Assembly (NCBI GenBank): GCA_035291665.1
Contig: DATDRP010000001.1
Coordinates: 66,569-130,568 of the forward strand
Reading direction: 5' to 3'
Length of the DNA stretch: 64,000 nucleotides
Origin: Patescibacteria group bacterium
GTDB lineage: Bacteria; Patescibacteriota; Microgenomatia; UBA8517
In this document: piece after piece, positions 58,170 through 64,000 of the stretch
How positions within the stretch are numbered: position 1 is the first letter of the stretch
Layout: each line of letters begins with the position of its first letter
Notes under the pieces: generated by a model
What the model was told of the DNA's origin: nothing
The model's input: only the letters and a program-made list of their open reading frames with translations
Databases searched by the model: none
Translations under genes and position numbers: made by a program

Positions 58170-59138
58170 ATGGCTATAAAAATCAGAAGGTCGGGATATT
58201 TACATAAAAGAAAACAAATTCCGAATAAGAGGGGAGTAAGTAAATTTTTCGGAAGGAATGTGTTAATTATAAGTTTAATTCTATTTTGTCTAATTTTTAT
58301 AATTTATTTTTTTCTGTCATTTAAAGCTTCAGCCTGGAACAATTTTCAAAATCTATTAATTATCAATTCATTGGAAAATAATGATTTGTCTATTTTATCT
58401 ATCGATAAGAAGAATGATAAAATATCTCAACTTGTGGTTTCCGGGAATACAATATTTGATGCGTCGTTTAATTTTGGCAAATACAGGGTAAAAAATTTAT
58501 ATGAGTTGGATAAAAGCCAGAAATATCATGGAAACCTGTTACTGACTTCAGTTCAAAAAAACACTTTTGCACCAGTTTATATGTGGACAAAGCACAACCT
58601 TATGGATATCAAGCCAAACAAATTCTTAAAAATCTTATCGTACCTCTCAGATAGTTCTGAAACTAATATGAGCCTAACTGATCGTATATCTTTATTTTTA
58701 TATTTATTGCCGAGGAATCGGGATATTACTATAACTAAGCTGGAAGAAACGGGTTTTGTTAAAAAAAATAAAGATACTGATGGAGAGTCATTGGTTACCG
58801 GTGATAGACTTCCGACCGATTTGGCGATTTTATGGGTAAATGACTATGTGTCGGAAAATCAAACGAGATTCGAGATTATAAATACTTCGAATGAAAGGGT
58901 TCTTCCTGATGGCATATATAAAATATTCGAAAGCTCCGGGGCAAAGGTATCCAATTTGGTGAATAATACCGATTATAAGATAGGCAGCGATGCTAATTGC
59001 GTTGTCGTGTCGGAAGATTCAAAGCTCTTGTTGTATTATGCAAGTATATTTCGATGTAGGACTGTAAAGAGAACCGAGAGCGAACTTTTTGATTTTTCAA
59101 TTGCAGTAACGAAAAAGTTTATCGATATTTACCGCTAA
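58170..59138 (+). CDS. Membrane-anchored hypothetical protein, possibly LCP/LytR-like
   Basis: Basic N-terminus, TM, C-terminal FEIINTS...GAKV. Confidence 0.5.
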   Translation: MAIKIRRSGYLHKRKQIPNKRGVSKFFGRNVLIISLILFCLIFIIYFFLSFKASAWNNFQNLLIINSLENNDLSILSIDKKNDKISQLVVSGNTIFDASFNFGKYRVKNLYELDKSQKYHGNLLLTSVQKNTFAPVYMWTKHNLMDIKPNKFLKILSYLSDSSETNMSLTDRISLFLYLLPRNRDITITKLEETGFVKKNKDTDGESLVTGDRLPTDLAILWVNDYVSENQTRFEIINTSNERVLPDGIYKIFESSGAKVSNLVNNTDYKIGSDANCVVVSEDSKLLLYYASIFRCRTVKRTESELFDFSIAVTKKFIDIYR

Positions 59139-59144
59139 GTATTT

Positions 59145-59873
59145 TTAGATTTCACTATCGGAGGAACCGTCTATAATTTCACTTTCGTCAGCCTCATCAC
59201 TATTAAACTCTGCTTTGGGTTTCTCATGGACAAGTTCCGGAGGTGTATATGATACATAGTTAAATTTTTCTGATGAAAATGAGGGGATCAGATTATATTT
59301 GTCGGGGCGTTTTATCTCTTTTATAAATATTTTTACCCCGCCGGCATCAATCGACTTAACCAAGGTACTATAAACGTAGCCCAGTTTTATCAATTTCTTT
59401 AGGTGTATTGAAACATCATCCGGAATTTTACCTATATGGTCACCATTTTCAGCAGTCACACATATTCGGTGAGAATGTGCGTTTAAATATACTGAATCAC
59501 CAGAATCCAGGCCAGCAACTGTATTTTTATCTCCAAGATGGATTAAATTTATAGTTTTGGTTTTTCCCGGTTCCTCCAAAAACGCATTTGCCGTTAGAGA
59601 TGTTGAAGAATTAGATACAGCCACTTTCAGATTGGACCATTTCTGAAGCGACCTGTTGGCAATAGAATTAAATGGGTCAATTTTAACTACTTTTTCTGAA
59701 GTTTTTTTTGCTTTTTGAATTTCGTTCAATTCAAAATATGCTCTTGCCAGTCTATTGAGAGCATCTGTATTGTCTTTGTTGAGTTTTAATATCTGGAGGT
59801 TCAGATCTCTCGCTTTTTTCCAGTTACCATTAAGTGCAACATTTATTGCTTGTTGGGCAAGTGAGTCATCCAT
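59145..59873 (-). CDS. TPR-containing protein
   Basis: DALNRLARAY, IDPFNSIA TPR; FLEEPGKTK. Confidence 0.8.
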   Translation of the reverse strand: MDDSLAQQAINVALNGNWKKARDLNLQILKLNKDNTDALNRLARAYFELNEIQKAKKTSEKVVKIDPFNSIANRSLQKWSNLKVAVSNSSTSLTANAFLEEPGKTKTINLIHLGDKNTVAGLDSGDSVYLNAHSHRICVTAENGDHIGKIPDDVSIHLKKLIKLGYVYSTLVKSIDAGGVKIFIKEIKRPDKYNLIPSFSSEKFNYVSYTPPELVHEKPKAEFNSDEADESEIIDGSSDSEI

Positions 59874-60023
59874 GAGTTAGATTATTATATTGAGTATAAT
59901 TGTGAGTTTGAAGTTGTCAAGGTGTCAGTTGAGGTATGATAATCCCAACTCTTTTTGGATAAGAGATTGTGATGTATAATTGCATTGTTTGTTCAAAGGT
60001 AAACTTTGTAACCGCCAAAAACT

Positions 60024-60758
60024 ATGTCCGGCCATTCACATTACTCAACAATAAAAAGACAAAAAGATGTCAAAGATGCCCAAAAGGGGAAAGTGTTCTC
60101 CAAAATGAGCAAGGCTATTTCAATTGCTATAAAAGCAGGAGGCAATGCGGATCCTGAGTCCAACTATAAATTACGTATGGTGATCGATACGGCAAAATCA
60201 ATGAATATGCCCAAAGAGAATATTGACCGGGTGATAAACCGAGCAAAATCCGAATCAGAGAATCTTGAAGAAGTTTATTACGAAGGTTATGGTCCCAACG
60301 GGATTGCAGTAATTGTTGAAGCGGCAACCGATAACAGGAATAGATCTGCTCAGGAGATTAAAAATATTTTCGAAAGGGGAGGGGGTACACTAGCCGGTCC
60401 CGGATCGGTATCTTATAATTTTATGACTAAGGGATTACTCCTTGTAGAAAAAGCTGCGGATGCAGATGCACAGATGTTGGCGCTTATTGACCTCGGGGTA
60501 GACGATATTAATGACGCCGGAGATGTGCTGGAAGTGTATGTAGCTCCTGACAAAACTGCAGAGTTTCGGGATTTAATAATGCAAAAGGGTTTCAAAGTTA
60601 CGTCAGCCTCAATAATAAAAAAACCTATAAATCTTCAGCTTATAACTGATAAGGATGCAGTTACGAAAATACTGAAGTTTCTAGACAATCTTGAAGAATA
60701 CGAAGATGTCCAAAATGTCTTCTCAAACATTGACATACCAGACGATTTGGTAATTTAA
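60024..60758 (+). CDS. yebC: YebC/PmpR family protein
   Basis: MSGHS, NMPKENI, YEGYGP, TDNRNR, DVQNVFSN. Confidence 0.95.
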   Translation: MSGHSHYSTIKRQKDVKDAQKGKVFSKMSKAISIAIKAGGNADPESNYKLRMVIDTAKSMNMPKENIDRVINRAKSESENLEEVYYEGYGPNGIAVIVEAATDNRNRSAQEIKNIFERGGGTLAGPGSVSYNFMTKGLLLVEKAADADAQMLALIDLGVDDINDAGDVLEVYVAPDKTAEFRDLIMQKGFKVTSASIIKKPINLQLITDKDAVTKILKFLDNLEEYEDVQNVFSNIDIPDDLVI

Positions 60759-60780
60759 ACACCAAAAATTGGACATCAAC

Positions 60781-61557
60781 ATGATTGATAAACGTAAACG
60801 ATTTTTTATCTCCTCGATACTTCTGAGTTCGGGTTTTGTAATTATCCAATCTCTTCAAAATCAGCAGGCAAAATTTTTGGGTATTGGAATCCTTTCTCTT
60901 TTTTCGATTGTTCTTTTTTATTGGTCATTAAAAGAAGCGCTTGGATTTAATGCATCGCTTTTAGTTTTGATCATGCCCTTATATTTTACAGCCGGAGTGG
61001 GTCTCTTTTGGTTTTTACTTCCGGCAAATTTATTCACAAAGATAATAATTTTAGTCTTTTACTCCATCGGGATTTATGTATTTTGTTTAACATCTAATAT
61101 TTTTACAGTATCGGCATTAAGGACAATTGCTTTATACCGGGCGGCAAAGGGGGTTGGATTCCTGCTAACTCTTTTGTCGCTTTTTTTGGTAGTTGATTCG
61201 ATATTGTCCCTTAGACTCGTATATTATCTGAATGCATTATTGGTTTTTTTGACCTCCTTCCCTTTGTTTCTACAGGGTTTTTGGACGAGCGTATTGACGA
61301 ATAAAGTAGATTTTAAGCTTTTACAATTCAGTCTTATATCTTCGTTAGTTCTTGCGCAGACTTCAACGATGATATTTTTTTGGCCTGTATCAGTTGTTGT
61401 AGGATCTTTGTTCCTCACGATCACAACATATGTAGTTTTGGCGCTAGGCCAATCAAGGCTTGAAGAAAGGTTATTTTCTCAAACAATCAGGGAATACCTC
61501 AGTGTGGGAATTGTCGTTTTAATCGTAATGTTTTTATCAACAAGGTGGGGCGCATAA
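60781..61557 (+). CDS. Polytopic membrane hypothetical protein
   Basis: Multiple TM segments; NIFTVSALRTIALYRAA. Confidence 0.7.
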   Translation: MIDKRKRFFISSILLSSGFVIIQSLQNQQAKFLGIGILSLFSIVLFYWSLKEALGFNASLLVLIMPLYFTAGVGLFWFLLPANLFTKIIILVFYSIGIYVFCLTSNIFTVSALRTIALYRAAKGVGFLLTLLSLFLVVDSILSLRLVYYLNALLVFLTSFPLFLQGFWTSVLTNKVDFKLLQFSLISSLVLAQTSTMIFFWPVSVVVGSLFLTITTYVVLALGQSRLEERLFSQTIREYLSVGIVVLIVMFLSTRWGA

Positions 61558-62054
61558 TTATTTTATAATTGATTTTCATTACGCATTAATTTTTTCAATA
61601 GAGTATTGAGGAAGGGGAGGAGTGGGGGTGTTATAACCCATAGTTTTATTATAGGGTAAAAGTAACGGTACATATTTTCACGATAATTATAGGACATTTT
61701 CACGAGTTGATTATTTAAGACGTCAAAGAAGATAACCCGAATACTTTCTTCAGCAAAGTAGGTACTATTTCATTGATACAGAGTGATATAGTTACTCATT
61801 CATTTTGAAGCTAATATACATTTATTAATTGTTAATAACCAATAAAATAAATTTGCATAGGTTACAAATAGCGACGTGTGCTTTTGAAATAGAACGATTA
61901 AGGCACTATAAAGAGTCGATCAATAATAAAATTTAATTTATGAATAAGAGCCATAGTCGGGCGGTGTAGCAGTAGCACTACTTCATAGAATTCAATATAA
62001 TGAGCTGATTGTGGAAAAGTCGGACAGTCATATATCGGAGAATCCATTATTATA

Positions 62055-62082
62055 TTGTCGCACAATATAACTTTTACGACGT
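62055..62082. other. Candidate dif-like Xer recombination site
   Basis: TTGTCGCACAA-TATAAC-TTTTACGACGT: 11-6-11 imperfect inverted repeat about 1.2 kb from the xer gene. Confidence 0.55.
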
Positions 62083-62406
62083 TATATACTACAACTAGCT
62101 TAGGACTCCTCCGGTAACATTTTTCGCTTATGATAATTATTTATGATTTTATAACACGTAATTAAATCTTATTTTTTCTTCCCTGTTGAACTAGCCCGTA
62201 GATATTTGTAAACCGAACTATAACCGAACATAAAGTCAAGTAAAAAGTCTGACTCCCCCGTTTTTAGTTATATTTTAATAAATTGTAAAATAACCGTAAA
62301 TACGGCGGAAAAAGATCTTTTTTACGATGATCAGATGGTCAACTTTAACGTAAAACCCCCTTTAAAATCGATTCAGTGAAGTCACTTTTTTGACAAAATA
62401 AACCGA

Positions 62407-63153
62407 ATGCAATATATTGTTCATCATATGTATAAAGAAAGATATCCACTCACGACAGGAAATATTTCTGAAAATCTTTTGCTTATTGAAAGCGGAAAAA
62501 TAAGTTTTGACATTGATGCGGTTGCGCAAGGAACATTTGTAAAAGCTTTGAACAATGCAAGTCATATATTTAAAAAAGTAATCTTTAAGAGTGACCTTAA
62601 AACATATTGGGAATTAGATAAAATTGCCAGAGCTAACGGAATTGCCGAAAGCGACTCAATGAGATTTACAAAAAGTTTGTGGAATACTCATGATACATAT
62701 GCAGATTCGCCAAAAGTGTACGGATTTGATAGCATGCTTCGAATGGTTAATGAGATTTCAAAAAGTGAAGATCTGAATTATTATTTTATATCCTCAAGAC
62801 CGCCCGAATTCTTAGAAACTACGCAAAATTGGTTTTTACAAAAGTATCCCTTCGTAAATACTGAAAATATAAAACTAGGAAGACCTAAAGGTATGTCCGG
62901 AGGTATTTATAAATCAATGATGATAAACCAATTCGATATCGGACTTCATTTTGAAGATGTGGTTGATGAAGCGTTGGAAATTGTAAAATATACCAATTGC
63001 AAAGTTATAATTGTACCTCAGCCATGGAATATTAATGAACTAACGGAATCTCCAAGAATAAAAAGGCTCGATACTTATTCTTATTTTTCCGGAGTTTGGC
63101 CAGTACTCAGGTTTTTATCAAGTCCGCAAGCTCGACAATTCTTATCCGGGTGA
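62407..63153 (+). CDS. HAD-like 5'(3')-nucleotidase family protein
   Basis: FDIDAV, ISSRP, TQNWF, HFED, PWN. Confidence 0.65.
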   Translation: MQYIVHHMYKERYPLTTGNISENLLLIESGKISFDIDAVAQGTFVKALNNASHIFKKVIFKSDLKTYWELDKIARANGIAESDSMRFTKSLWNTHDTYADSPKVYGFDSMLRMVNEISKSEDLNYYFISSRPPEFLETTQNWFLQKYPFVNTENIKLGRPKGMSGGIYKSMMINQFDIGLHFEDVVDEALEIVKYTNCKVIIVPQPWNINELTESPRIKRLDTYSYFSGVWPVLRFLSSPQARQFLSG

Positions 63154-63250
63154 ATCAGCAAACCGAATTTGCTAATATTATGTCGCACAATCTTATTGAC
63201 ACTTCTTGCCTAATATCCTAATATCTAAATATCGTAGTATCCCATCTTAA

Positions 63251-64000
63251 ATGCCTGCCCAGCGTCAACCACAAAGCGAATGTGAAGATAAAGTTCAAGA
63301 TTACCTTGAATATCTTGAAGTCGAAAAGGGCTCCTCTACTCTCACTATAAGAAATTATCGTCATTATTTGCTGCGTTTTTGTGATTGGATGAAACACAGC
63401 GGCTATCGAATGATGGTACAAGACATTAACCCTGAAATTGTCCGCCAGTACAGGGTGTACCTCGCAAGGCTCCCGGGATCCCGCGGAGTTGGTACAATGA
63501 GCCGAAAGACTCAAGGATATCATGCAATTGCAATCAGATCTTTGTTGCGCTGGTTAACAAAAAATGATTTTAAGGTTATGTCGGCTGATAAAATCGACCT
63601 GCCGAAAATTGCTGAACGGCAGGTGAAGTTTTTAAGCGGCGATATGGTCGAAAGACTTTTAAATTCTCCGAGCTTGGATAAAATCAACGGTAAGCGCGAT
63701 AAGGCAATCCTGGAACTTCTATTTTCTACAGGACTCCGTGTTTCAGAACTGGTAAGTATTAACCGCGATGATATCAACTTGGACCGGAGGGAATTTGGAA
63801 TTGTTGGTAAGGGCGGCCGTGCAAGAGTTGTGTTTATTTCCAAACGTGCCGCTGAGTGGCTTGACCAATATATGAAAGCCAGAGATGATAATTTTAAACC
63901 GCTTTTTATACACCATAAAGGCAAGACCAATCCTTCTATGGATAATGAGTATATGAGATTAACTCCCCGGTCAATTCAAAGAATGATTAAAAAATATGCT
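63251..64000 (+). CDS. XerC/XerD-type tyrosine recombinase (runs off window end; absent from the ORF track)
   Basis: MPAQRQ...YLEYLEVEKGSSTLTIRNY; RDKAILELLFSTGLRVSEL; GKGGRAR; promoter TTGACA-17-TAATAT at 63196-63224. Confidence 0.93.
   Translation, partial: MPAQRQPQSECEDKVQDYLEYLEVEKGSSTLTIRNYRHYLLRFCDWMKHSGYRMMVQDINPEIVRQYRVYLARLPGSRGVGTMSRKTQGYHAIAIRSLLRWLTKNDFKVMSADKIDLPKIAERQVKFLSGDMVERLLNSPSLDKINGKRDKAILELLFSTGLRVSELVSINRDDINLDRREFGIVGKGGRARVVFISKRAAEWLDQYMKARDDNFKPLFIHHKGKTNPSMDNEYMRLTPRSIQRMIKKYA

Noticed and set aside
61558-62406. Replication origin
   Set aside because: No cluster of DnaA boxes and no dnaA/dnaN nearby; the xer context favours a terminus
1-64000. CRISPR array, cas genes, rRNA, transposase or prophage
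   Set aside because: No regularly spaced repeat-spacer array, rRNA-like sequence, or recognisable transposase or phage structural ORF

Overview
AT-rich bacterial chromosomal segment. Gene content and synteny (dnaX-ybaB-recR, cysS, ychF, rpsF-ssb-rpsR, short prfA-rpmE, hisS, dnaB, efp, yebC, xer recombinase, many orphans, almost no biosynthetic genes) suggest a Patescibacteria/CPR genome, probably Microgenomates (inference). It carries one tRNA-Leu(CAA), a two-component system beside a candidate synthase-dependent exopolysaccharide locus (15.7-25.8 kb), and a co-directional string of accessory enzymes with a RelB/RelE-type toxin-antitoxin pair (26.8-35.5 kb) ending at ychF. Most unusual signals: (1) ychF is nested between a recoded decoy copy of its 5' end followed by a long hairpin and a displaced copy of its 3' end interrupted by a 31-nt palindromic element, and its promoter block is duplicated around an inserted HAD-like gene; (2) a leader-peptide, double-terminator attenuator (MKTMTLILVHHTSRV*) heads a PRTase-like/LOG-like/hisS unit; (3) small palindromic and heptameric repeats have entered coding sequences in frame; (4) a candidate dif site and related half-sites lie near the xer gene. 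Annotations come from motif recognition by eye; no database searches were run.
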